Of a stretch of DNA of 24,505 nucleotides, positions 16,659-24,505 are shown one piece after another. Source of the stretch: a virus (Duplodnaviria > Caudoviricetes). Location: the IMG/VR virus record IMGVR_UViG_3300032277_000076, positions 1 to 24,505 of that record. The stretch is one strand, 5' to 3'. The translations under genes and the position numbers were made by a program. The stretch's first letter is position 1, and each line of letters begins with the position of its first letter. A model generated the notes under the pieces. The model was not told the DNA's origin. It was given only the letters and a program-made list of their open reading frames with translations, and did no database searches.

Positions 16659-17915
16659 GTGTCATCTGAACGCCTTTTGGGCGCGTCCTTTCGGGGCGTG
16701 CCCTTTTTTGTGCCTGAACGCACCCTTTCCGGCGGTCGTCGTGGCGCCACGCACGAATTTCCGCAGCGCGACCTGCCGGACGCAGACGACATGGGCCGCA
16801 AGGCCCGCACGTTTCGTGTCGAGGCCCAGGTGCTGGGCGGGGTCGCTGGTGGATACGATAGCTATATGGACGCCCGCGATGCGTTGCTGCGGGCGTTGGA
16901 GGTGCCGGGCGCTGGCGTGTATGTGGATTCATGGCAAGGCCGATGGTCGGTTGTGGCGCGAACCTATGAATGTAAGGAATCCCACGCCGAAGGTGGCTTG
17001 GCGCGGTTCACGATCACGTTTGAAGAAGAAGGCGAAGAACGGTTTCCATCGGTCGCCATCGACAGTCGGGCGGGGGTTGAGGCGTCATCGGCGGCGCTGA
17101 CCGATGCCGCCAAGGTGTCTTTTACCGATAATTTTGATTTGTCGGGCACGCCGCAGTTTGTGCGTGCGGATGCGCAAATGGTTTTGGACAAATTGTCTTG
17201 GGCGCTGGCGGATCAGGTGGCGGGTTTAAGCGACGCCGCCGCTGCACCGGGGGAAACGGTTCCGGGCATTGCCGATAGCCTGGATAAATTCTCAAGAGGA
17301 AATTCCGCGCTGGTGTCAGATGGGACCGCTGCGGACATTGCGCAAACGGTTGTGGGCTTATTTGGCGATTTGTCGACCAGTGTCGCGGGGGCGCAAAACA
17401 CCCGGCGGTTGTTTGCGGCGTTGAACGGTTTTGGCGGTGATTTGACCGCCGTGCCGCTGACCACCCCGACGCGGATAAAACAATCTGGAAACCGCAGCGC
17501 GGTGCTGAATTTGGTTTCCGATGTCGCGTTGGCGGCAGAATCGCGAAGCTTGACGCGGATGTCGTTCGACAGTGCCGACGCCGCCGCCCGGATGCGCACG
17601 GATTATCTGGCGCGATTGGACGGCGCGCGCACGGCGGCGGGGCGGGGCGCGGCTGATGGTGGCGGGTTCCGCGATGCGGTGTTTTCCGCCCTGGGCGGGT
17701 TGCGCGGGTCGGTGATTAAGGACATGGCGGCGCGCACGGTCAATTTGCCCCGTCTGCGGCGCATTGAAACGGCTGGGCCCGTGCCTGCCGTGGTGTTGGC
17801 GCATCGACTGTACGGCGATGGGCGGCGTGGCGATGATATTTTGAATCGTAACCCACAATTCAATCATGGCGGCAAAATACCCGGTTTTATGGGGGTGAGT
17901 GTGTTGGATGGTTGA
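16659..17915 (+). CDS. DNA circularisation protein (Mu gpN/gp43-like)
   Basis: LLGASFRGVPFFV...GGRRGATHEFPQRD...DMGR N-terminal domain. C-terminal PAVVLAHRLYGDGRRGDDILNRN. GGAG plus GTG start. Confidence 0.94.
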   Translation: MSSERLLGASFRGVPFFVPERTLSGGRRGATHEFPQRDLPDADDMGRKARTFRVEAQVLGGVAGGYDSYMDARDALLRALEVPGAGVYVDSWQGRWSVVARTYECKESHAEGGLARFTITFEEEGEERFPSVAIDSRAGVEASSAALTDAAKVSFTDNFDLSGTPQFVRADAQMVLDKLSWALADQVAGLSDAAAAPGETVPGIADSLDKFSRGNSALVSDGTAADIAQTVVGLFGDLSTSVAGAQNTRRLFAALNGFGGDLTAVPLTTPTRIKQSGNRSAVLNLVSDVALAAESRSLTRMSFDSADAAARMRTDYLARLDGARTAAGRGAADGGGFRDAVFSALGGLRGSVIKDMAARTVNLPRLRRIETAGPVPAVVLAHRLYGDGRRGDDILNRNPQFNHGGKIPGFMGVSVLDG

Positions 17916-19086
17916 GCAAAATCGCCCCACGAGCCCGATCGATGAGGTCACGGTGGAAAATGCGGGCCGCATCGTGTCCGGCTGGACATCGGTGTCGGTC
18001 AGCCGCGGCCTTGACCGCCTTGCCGGGTCGTTCAGTTTGGCCTTTCCCCGGACCGCACGGGCGCGGGCAAATTCCACCGCCGGTGATACGGCAAGCCGTT
18101 ATCTGTCGCCGATCATTCCCGGGCGGGGCGGGGTGCGCATTCTGTTGGGCGGTGATGCGGTGTTGTGGGGGTATGTGGATTCCGTGCAGCCCGGAACCGA
18201 CGAAAATGCCGGAACCGTTCAAGTCGTCGGGCGTTCGGTCACGGCGGACCTGGCCGATTGTTCGGCCATGAACGAACCGGGGCAGTGGCAAAATGCGGCT
18301 TTGGCGGATGTGGTGGCGGCGATCGCCGCGCCGTTCGGTCTGGTGGTGGACAATCGCGCCGGGCGTATCGTGGTGAAAAATTTTGAACTTGAATCGGGCG
18401 AACGGGCCTTTGGCGCGATTGAACGGGTCTGTCGCAGTCATGGGTTTGTGCTGCACGATAGCGGGTCTGGGGCCGTGGTGATCGATCGGCCCACGGGTGT
18501 CGCCGCCGAAGGCGCGCTGAATTATTTGTTCGGGCCGGATGGCGGCCCTGACCCGGCGAACAATGTTTTGAATACGGCGGCGCGCATCACCTTGGCGGGG
18601 CGATTTTCCGAAATCATCGTGCGCGGGCAAGACGCCGGAACGGATACCAGCTTTGGCGCGGATGCGGCGGGGGTTGAAGGCCGCGCGCAAGATGGCGGGG
18701 TGACCAGATACCGCCCGTTGATCATTGCGGCAACGGGCCGTGTCGACGGTAAATCCGCGCGCGAACAGGCGCAATGGGAAGTTTCCCGGCGCATCGGGCA
18801 GGGCCTTGAATTGACCCACGTGGTGCGCGGGTGGCGCCAACAAAAAAACGGTGAATTGTGGATTCCGGGGTTGAAGGTGCCCGTGCGCGATGCATCCGCG
18901 GGCGTGTTCGCAGACATGCTGGTGACCGAGGTCGAATGGTCGGTTGATGGCACTGTCGGGCGACAAACCCGACTGACCCTGCAATCCCCGGCGGCCTTCA
19001 CGCCCAAGCCGGTCAGTGTGGGTGCCGATGCCTTGGGGCAGTGGGATTACGCCGGTCAGCAAGTCGTGGGGGCGGGCGAACAATGA
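17908..19086 (+). CDS. Baseplate hub protein (Mu gpP/gp44-like)
   Basis: GWTSVSVSRGLDRLAGSFSL, GRSVTADLADCSA, RFSEIIVRGQ, VTRYRPLII, VRGWRQ..GELW. Confidence 0.94.
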   Translation: MVEQNRPTSPIDEVTVENAGRIVSGWTSVSVSRGLDRLAGSFSLAFPRTARARANSTAGDTASRYLSPIIPGRGGVRILLGGDAVLWGYVDSVQPGTDENAGTVQVVGRSVTADLADCSAMNEPGQWQNAALADVVAAIAAPFGLVVDNRAGRIVVKNFELESGERAFGAIERVCRSHGFVLHDSGSGAVVIDRPTGVAAEGALNYLFGPDGGPDPANNVLNTAARITLAGRFSEIIVRGQDAGTDTSFGADAAGVEGRAQDGGVTRYRPLIIAATGRVDGKSAREQAQWEVSRRIGQGLELTHVVRGWRQQKNGELWIPGLKVPVRDASAGVFADMLVTEVEWSVDGTVGRQTRLTLQSPAAFTPKPVSVGADALGQWDYAGQQVVGAGEQ

Positions 19087-19553
19087 ATGAATTTATAGAT
19101 TGGCTGCATGCGCGGGTTGGCAACATGATCGTGCGCGCCGTGGTGGCGGCGGACGACGACGCCCCCAAAATGCAATTGTTGAAGGTCTTGGGCCGGCGCG
19201 GTGAAATTAAGGCGGGGTTGGAACACTTGCAGCCTTACGGGTTCGCGTTTCGCGTGTTGCCGCCCGATGCGGACGGGCGCGGTGCTGAAACCGTTGCCCT
19301 GGCGTTGGAGCCGGATTTGCGCATGTGTTTGCCGGCCGCCGACCGTCGTCACCGCCCTGCTGGCCTTTTACCCGGTGAGGTGATGTTGCACGACGATCAA
19401 GGCCAGCGGGTTCATTTGACCCGCGCCGGCCTGGTGCTGAGTACGCCGGTTGGTAAATCCATCACATTTAAGTGTGGGCGGTCATCCATTGTGATCGCGG
19501 ACACGGGTATCACCATCACCGCGCCGGCCATCGATCAGGTGAAAGCAGTATGA
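19083..19553 (+). CDS. Baseplate central spike (Mu gp45-like), short blunt form
   Basis: NMIVRAVV...KMQLLKV...LEHLQPYGFA...DRRHRPAGLLPGEVMLHDDQGQRVHLTR. ATGA overlap with the hub gene. 156 aa. Confidence 0.92.
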   Translation: MNEFIDWLHARVGNMIVRAVVAADDDAPKMQLLKVLGRRGEIKAGLEHLQPYGFAFRVLPPDADGRGAETVALALEPDLRMCLPAADRRHRPAGLLPGEVMLHDDQGQRVHLTRAGLVLSTPVGKSITFKCGRSSIVIADTGITITAPAIDQVKAV

Positions 19554-19819
19554 CAAAAGGGTTCGCGCGGGTTGGGGTGGATAGCGCAGGCGGGGTGCAA
19601 TTGGGCGGTGGACAGGATTTTGTAACCGTCGACGGTGCGTTGATTGTGGTGGTGGGTGATCCGATCGCGGGGCACGGACTTGCGCCACATGATGCCCCGG
19701 TGATGGCGGAGGCGTCCAGCTTTGTGACCATCAACGGCACTCCCGCCTGCATTCAAGGAAACGCCGCGACGTGTGGCCACGTCACGACGGGTTCCGATTT
19801 CGCGGGGGCATCTGAATAA
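19550..19819 (+). CDS. PAAR-family spike tip protein
   Basis: MTKGFARVGVDSAGG...VTVDG...GDPIAGHGLAPH...VTINGTPACIQGNAATCGH. 89 aa. ATGA overlap with the spike gene. Confidence 0.87.
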   Translation: MTKGFARVGVDSAGGVQLGGGQDFVTVDGALIVVVGDPIAGHGLAPHDAPVMAEASSFVTINGTPACIQGNAATCGHVTTGSDFAGASE

Positions 19820-20274
19820 TGGCTGATTTTGCGTTGGAATTTGATAAACGGTCAGGCGGTTACGATCTTGTGCAAACCGATGGCGCAAGCGGCGATTTTA
19901 TGGCCACGGACCTACGCACGGCCGTGTTGGCCAGCCTGCTGACTTGGGGACGTGCGGGCGATGATGATGCCTTGCCGGACTTTTCGGGTGACCGCAAGGG
20001 CTGGTGGGGTGATGGATGGCCTAAAACGGCCGGCGACAAAATTGGTTCGAGGCTGTGGATTTACGCCCGTTCGGTGCTGACGTCTCAGGTCATGGAACAG
20101 GCCCGCCAAGATGCGTCGGACGCGTTGGCTTGGATGATTGAAGACGGCCTCGCCTCATCTGTCACCGTTGTGGCAAGTCGGTCCAAGCCGACGGGGTTGC
20201 GGTTGGATGTAACGATCTACCGCCCGGACGGAACGGTTTTCCGTTTGGGCGTTGATGGTCTTTGGCCGCGTTAA
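19819..20274 (+). CDS. Baseplate protein (Mu gp46-like)
   Basis: LRTAVLASLLTWGRA..DD...KGWWGD...IGSRLW...ALAWMIEDG. Confidence 0.94.
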   Translation: MADFALEFDKRSGGYDLVQTDGASGDFMATDLRTAVLASLLTWGRAGDDDALPDFSGDRKGWWGDGWPKTAGDKIGSRLWIYARSVLTSQVMEQARQDASDALAWMIEDGLASSVTVVASRSKPTGLRLDVTIYRPDGTVFRLGVDGLWPR

Positions 20275-20314
20275 AAGACAAACCTGATTTCCCCTAAAAT
20301 TTGAAGAGGACACC

Positions 20315-21385
20315 ATGGCGGATACACCACCCGGTTTTTCCCGGCCGTCTTTTGACGAGCTGCTGCAACGTGCACAAGCCGACTACACCGCCGCGACGGG
20401 GGTGGACGTGTTGGTGCGCCGGGGGGTCATTCCGGAAATGCCCCACATGGACGCGCGCGCCCTTCACGACCTTCACGGTCACCTGGATTATAACGCGTTG
20501 CAGGGTCATCCGCTGTTCGCGTCCGGATCATGGCTGGAAGGTTGGGGGCGGGTCTGGGGTGTGACGCGCCGGGCGGCATCCAAGGCTGTGGGCGACGTTA
20601 ATTTGACCGGAACGGACGGCAGCGTTGTCGCCGTTGATACGGTCCTGACCCGTGCCGATGGGGGGCGCTATGTCGTCACGACCGGCGGGGTGATCGCGGG
20701 CGGTGTTTTGACCGTTGCTGTGGCGGCAGAAACAGCCGCTGCGGCGGGTAATGCCGACGCGGGTGTCGCGCTCAATCTGGAAAGTCCGATCGCGGCCGTC
20801 GATGGTACCGCGGTCGTGGGTGTTGGGGCGCTGACGGGCGGCGCGGATGTCGAAAAGGACGATGTGTTTCGCGCCCGTATGTTGACGCGCATCCAACAGC
20901 CGCCCCACGGAGGCAATGTCTCCGATTACAGCGCTTGGGTTTTGTCTGTTTCGGGCGTCACGCGGGTATGGGTCGCGGCGCAACAAATGGGTGTGGGAAC
21001 GGTTGCGATCCGATTCACCATGGATGACACGTATGCGGACGGTATTCCACTGCCCGCGGATGTGATGGCGGTGCAGGGCGTCGTTGACTCCGTCAAGCCG
21101 GTGACGGCGGAAATACTGGTGTCGGCGCCATCGGCGGTTGCCTTGGACGTCACCATCACCGGTCTTGCGCCGGATACGCCGGATATCCGCGCGGCGATTT
21201 CGGTGGAATTGGCCGACATGATTTTGCGCCGCGGTGAACCCGGCGTGACGGTGCGCACATCATGGATTTGGGAGGCGGTGTCATTGGCCGCCGGTGAAGA
21301 TTCCCACGTCATCTCGGTTCCGGCGGCGGACGTGGTTTATGCCGTTGGTGAAATTCCGGTTTTGGGCGTGGTGAGTTATGCCTGA
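20315..21385 (+). CDS. Baseplate J-like wedge protein (Mu gp47)
   Basis: FSRPSFDELL, LTGGADVEKDD.FRARML.RIQQPPHGGN..DY..W, GVGTV, KPVTAE. Confidence 0.95.
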   Translation: MADTPPGFSRPSFDELLQRAQADYTAATGVDVLVRRGVIPEMPHMDARALHDLHGHLDYNALQGHPLFASGSWLEGWGRVWGVTRRAASKAVGDVNLTGTDGSVVAVDTVLTRADGGRYVVTTGGVIAGGVLTVAVAAETAAAAGNADAGVALNLESPIAAVDGTAVVGVGALTGGADVEKDDVFRARMLTRIQQPPHGGNVSDYSAWVLSVSGVTRVWVAAQQMGVGTVAIRFTMDDTYADGIPLPADVMAVQGVVDSVKPVTAEILVSAPSAVALDVTITGLAPDTPDIRAAISVELADMILRRGEPGVTVRTSWIWEAVSLAAGEDSHVISVPAADVVYAVGEIPVLGVVSYA

Positions 21386-21989
21386 TCAAAATATCGAAAA
21401 TGCCGACATGCTCGCGGAATTGTTGCCCGAAGGCCCCCTTTGGGATGCCTTTCGCGTTGCGGGTACAAAAGCCCGTGCATTGCTTGATGCCAAGGCGTCG
21501 GGGATAACGCGCCTTGAAAATCGCGCCGTTGAATTGATGGTCGACTTAAACCCGGCCGCAGCACGGGAAACCTTGGCCGCGCGCGAACGCGAAGCCGGAC
21601 TCCCAGGCCCGTGCGCGATCATCAATCCAACCCTTGAAGAACGCCGCATGGCGTTGGTCAATCAATGGGCCTCGCGGGGGGGGCAGTCGGTTTCGTATTT
21701 CACCGCGATGGCGACGTCTTTGAGCTATGGCGTGGCCATCACAGAGGCCCGCCCGTTTCGCGCCGGATATAGCCAGTGCGGCGGACGGCACCAATGCGGC
21801 GATCCGGCGATGCGTCATCATTGGTGGGTGTCCGTGCCGGGCCCGCGCATTAATTACTTTCGCTGCGGTCAAAGCCAGGCCGGTCGAGACCCGCTCGGTT
21901 TCGTGCGCCGCGCGGAAGATCTGGAATGTCTGCTGACGCGCCTCAAGCCAGCGCACAGCGATCTACACTTTGCTTACGAAGGGATCTAA
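21378..21989 (+). CDS. Baseplate wedge protein (Mu gp48 / YmfQ / DUF2313)
   Basis: LAELLPEGPLW, AGLPGPC, GGQSVSYF, PFRAGYSQCG, LECLLTRLKPAHS..HFAY. Confidence 0.94.
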   Translation: MPDQNIENADMLAELLPEGPLWDAFRVAGTKARALLDAKASGITRLENRAVELMVDLNPAAARETLAAREREAGLPGPCAIINPTLEERRMALVNQWASRGGQSVSYFTAMATSLSYGVAITEARPFRAGYSQCGGRHQCGDPAMRHHWWVSVPGPRINYFRCGQSQAGRDPLGFVRRAEDLECLLTRLKPAHSDLHFAYEGI

Positions 21990-21991
21990 GT

Positions 21992-22540
21992 ATGGACTAT
22001 CAACAACCCGTCGGCGGCGTCGCCGACGCCCCTTATGTGGATTTTAACCCCGTCACCGGCGAGTCTGGGTCCATTCCCCCCGCGGCGGCTCTGGAAGGTC
22101 CCCAGCGCGAAATCGTTGCGGCCATTGTGGCGGCGGGGTTGGTTCCCAATGCGGTGGACAACACACAGCTGGCGCAAGCCATTTTGGCCCTCATCGCTGC
22201 GAATGCCGTTGGCGGTCCCGGCGAGGCCTTCACCGACACCACCGGGGTGGCCATTGCGCTGGATGGTAACGGTGATGCCGTTTTGCAAAATACAGCCACC
22301 GGAATTGTGGCCTTCACCGCGCCTAATCTTGCCGCCGGGAATGAGTACAACTTCACGGTCATTCACAAACAAGACGCCGTTGGCGGACACGCCATCGCGT
22401 TACCTGCCGGAACGACTTGGCCTTATGGCGCACCGCCGATTTGGCCAAGCCTACCCAATGCGTGGTGCAAGTTTGTTCTCACCACCCGTGACCTGGGCGC
22501 GACCTGGGAAGCTAGCTGGATCGGAGCCGATTATGCCTAA
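21992..22540 (+). CDS. Short tail-fibre anchor/adaptor protein (182 aa)
   Basis: N-terminal baseplate anchor YVDFNPVTGESGSIPPAAALEGPQREIVAAIVAAGLVP..DNTQLAQAI. C-terminal QDAVGGHAIALP...WPYGAPP...TRDLGATW domain. Start re-called at ATG 21992. Confidence 0.8.
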   Translation: MDYQQPVGGVADAPYVDFNPVTGESGSIPPAAALEGPQREIVAAIVAAGLVPNAVDNTQLAQAILALIAANAVGGPGEAFTDTTGVAIALDGNGDAVLQNTATGIVAFTAPNLAAGNEYNFTVIHKQDAVGGHAIALPAGTTWPYGAPPIWPSLPNAWCKFVLTTRDLGATWEASWIGADYA

Positions 22541-23540
22541 CGCCGCCATGCGTCAAACTCGTGCGGGCCGCCCGGTGCGCATTGCACCGCCGGGCACCTG
22601 GACCGATTCGTTCGCGCCCGCTAACGATCAACCATTGCCGCCGCGCTACACGGCAATCGATGTCAAAAAAGGCTCCGGCCTATCCGTTGCCCTGTGGGGC
22701 AGTGCGGGCGGGGGATACAGCGTCCACACGGGCGGCGAAGGCGCGGCGGTTCACTTTTCCCTTCGCTCAACGGCGGTTCTTGTTTTTGTCGGTAACAATG
22801 ATGGTAAGGGAAATGGCAGCGTTGCCCCCAGCAACCCTGCTGTCGATGCTGATTTCACCACCACCGGCCTCGGTCGCGGTGGGCCGGGTCAATCGACCAG
22901 CGCTTGCGGTGGGGGCAGCACCGCCGTCACAGATTTGGCTGGCAATCCCATCGCCATCGCGGGCGCGGGGGGCGGTGCGGGCGGCCCTAATTACGTCACA
23001 ACCGGTTGGAAGGGCGGCGATGCGGGCTTACTCGATGGTTCCGGCGAAGGCGGTTGGCGTTACGAATATATTCGTTTGGTGCTTGAGCAAGCCCCAAATG
23101 GATCGACACTCGGCGGCGGCAATGGTCTCGGTGCTGGCCCCAATGGGTATAACGGCGGCGGTGGCGGCGGTGGCGGCGGTGCGGATGGTTCCGGTGGTGG
23201 CGGCGGGGCGAGCGCCAACAGCGGCAGTGGCGGGCTTGGCGGTGTTGCCGGTGCAAACGGTACTGATGGGGCAGGCAGTTTGGGCAGCGACGGGCTTGGC
23301 GGATATGGCAAAAATGATCTTTTGCGCCCCGGTTGGGGCGGCGCAACTAAGGGCTGCGCGGGCGGTGGCGCGGGTTACGGTGGCGGCGGCGGGTCCGGCT
23401 ATGCCTACACGTCCGGCGGTGCGGGCTCGTGCCTGTTACCCGCAGGGGCCACCGTCATGAAAGCCAGCGCCGACACCGATCCCAATCGCGGCGGCGCGGG
23501 CAGCAACAGCACCACCGGAAAAGCCGCCATCGTCTACTGA
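22533..23540 (+). CDS. Glycine-rich putative receptor-binding/adhesin protein (335 aa)
   Basis: Start re-called at ATG 22533 (8-nt overlap with the anchor gene). VALWGSAGGG, GGGST, IAGAGGGAGG, GGGAGYGGGGGSG motifs separated by non-Gly loops. Confidence 0.75.
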   Translation: MPNAAMRQTRAGRPVRIAPPGTWTDSFAPANDQPLPPRYTAIDVKKGSGLSVALWGSAGGGYSVHTGGEGAAVHFSLRSTAVLVFVGNNDGKGNGSVAPSNPAVDADFTTTGLGRGGPGQSTSACGGGSTAVTDLAGNPIAIAGAGGGAGGPNYVTTGWKGGDAGLLDGSGEGGWRYEYIRLVLEQAPNGSTLGGGNGLGAGPNGYNGGGGGGGGGADGSGGGGGASANSGSGGLGGVAGANGTDGAGSLGSDGLGGYGKNDLLRPGWGGATKGCAGGGAGYGGGGGSGYAYTSGGAGSCLLPAGATVMKASADTDPNRGGAGSNSTTGKAAIVY

Positions 23541-23556
23541 CAAGGAAACCAGAAAC

Positions 23557-24240
23557 ATGCGTTATTTTATCCCAACGTTAGATACCACCCTGCCACCCAT
23601 CGACGAGCATGGGCTGCAAAACGCCATCCCCGAAATTGGCAATCCGGCAGGCTTGCCCGCCACCGATCTAGAGGCACGCGGATACATCGAAATCACGGTG
23701 GAGGCCGCACCCGTTTTTGACCCCGCAACGCACTACCTTGGCGATCCGGTGAACGAATTGATCGCAGGCGCGTGGGTGCGTCATACCCCGGTTGTGGCTT
23801 GGACACAGCCCGAAATTGATGCCCGCACCCTCGCTGAATTCACCGCGGTGCAGGCGGCGGCGCTCGCCGCCATCGACGCCCAGGCTGAAGCCGCACGCAC
23901 CGCGCCGGGGCGGCTCACGCCCGGTTCGGGTCAGGCGATGAGTTATCAGGTCAAATCCGATGAAGCCAAGGCGTGTCTGATCGACTACACCGCCGCCCTG
24001 CCGCCGAGCTTAGGCGTTTATCCGATGCTCGATTCAGAAGTGGGCATTTTGGCCAATGCCGACGCGACCATCACCGCCAACGCCTATGAGGTCGCCGTGG
24101 TGGTCGATACCACCCGCGCCGCGTGGCTCATTATCGAGGCCACGATCAACCGCGTGCGCGTGCAGGCAAAAACTGACGTGACAGCCGCCGCCTCCACGGC
24201 GGCGATCGACATCGCCATGGCCGCCATCGTGTGGCCGTAG
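23557..24240 (+). CDS. Tail fibre assembly/associated protein
   Basis: AAGGA RBS. PVFDPATHYL...W; IDAQAEAAR...GQAMSYQVKSDEA...PML. Ends IVWP, as many fibre chaperones do. Confidence 0.7.
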   Translation: MRYFIPTLDTTLPPIDEHGLQNAIPEIGNPAGLPATDLEARGYIEITVEAAPVFDPATHYLGDPVNELIAGAWVRHTPVVAWTQPEIDARTLAEFTAVQAAALAAIDAQAEAARTAPGRLTPGSGQAMSYQVKSDEAKACLIDYTAALPPSLGVYPMLDSEVGILANADATITANAYEVAVVVDTTRAAWLIIEATINRVRVQAKTDVTAAASTAAIDIAMAAIVWP

Positions 24241-24256
24241 AAAAAAGGGCAAGGGC

Positions 24257-24505
24257 ATGAACGATGCGGTGACGTGGTCGCAGTTGACATGGATTTTGGG
24301 GGTATTCGGCGGGGTCGTGTTCGCGTTGGTCGGTGTTGTGGCCAGGGTGGTTGTGGCGTTGGTTGTGCGCGCCGAAACGCGCTTGGCACAAGCGATCGAG
24401 TCCTTGAACGAAACGGTGTCGGGATTAAAGGAATCGATGCTGCTGACGCGGGCATCGAATTCTTACGTTAAGGACGTTGAGGAACGGCTGACGACGCGTG
24501 TTGAA
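24257..24505 (+). CDS. Membrane protein with coiled-coil tail, holin-like position; 3' truncated by the window
   Basis: Not in the ORF track. MNDAVTWSQLTWILGVFGGVVFALVGVVARVVVALVVRAETRLAQAIESLNETV...VKDVEERLTTRVE, open to the window end. Confidence 0.65.
   Translation, partial: MNDAVTWSQLTWILGVFGGVVFALVGVVARVVVALVVRAETRLAQAIESLNETVSGLKESMLLTRASNSYVKDVEERLTTRVE

Larger units (their letters stand above)
100..24505 (+). mobile_element. Phage/prophage head-tail morphogenesis region (lambda-like head, Mu-like contractile tail); element extends beyond both window edges
   Basis: About 30 co-oriented, tightly packed or overlapping genes in canonical order: terminase, portal, capsid, neck, sheath, tube, TMP, baseplate, fibre. 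No integrase, att site or replication gene in the window. Confidence 0.97.

Noticed and set aside
9318-21989. Interpretation as a tailocin, eCIS/T6SS or gene transfer agent
   Set aside because: A complete terminase, portal and capsid set is present, no T6SS/eCIS ATPase or membrane complex is seen, and the gene set is unlike RcGTA.
22035-22532. 166-codon open frame upstream of the Gly-rich gene, suggesting a +1 fusion with the anchor
   Set aside because: The translation is Pro/Arg/Trp-rich off-frame sequence, the anchor has a coherent C-terminal domain, the ATG at 22533 is a typical coupled start, and no shift signal was identified.
22561-23460. 299-aa alternative-frame ORF
   Set aside because: By-product of GGC repeats in the Gly-rich gene, which rarely create stops.
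21992-24240. DGR or invertase-based fibre variation
   Set aside because: No reverse transcriptase, template/variable repeat pair, invertase or inverted fibre cassette is visible in the window.
1-24505. CRISPR array, tRNA, rRNA, IS elements
   Set aside because: No regularly spaced repeats, RNA gene signatures or transposase seen. The intergenic gaps are mostly too short.

Overview
The window is an apparently intact virion morphogenesis region of a temperate myovirus or prophage. The host is probably an alphaproteobacterium, inferred from high GC and an XRE protein ending ENGGGAGVRL. A lambda-type head module (terS, terL, W, portal, S49 protease, separate Nu3-like scaffold, decoration protein, capsid E, neck genes) is joined to a Mu-type contractile tail (sheath, tube, frameshifting chaperone, tape measure, circularisation protein, hub, spike, PAAR, gp46/47/48). 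A split fibre with a glycine-rich adhesin and the start of a holin-like gene follow. The most unusual part is an AT-richer cassette at about 14225-16600 that interrupts the tail operon. It holds an XRE repressor and an operon driven by overlapping opposed promoters with two matching operators, an unannotated 52-aa ORF, a BRO-N antirepressor fused to two primase-type winged helices, a membrane moron and a possible leaderless 23-aa hydrophobic peptide. All family calls come from motif recognition and gene order; no searches were run.
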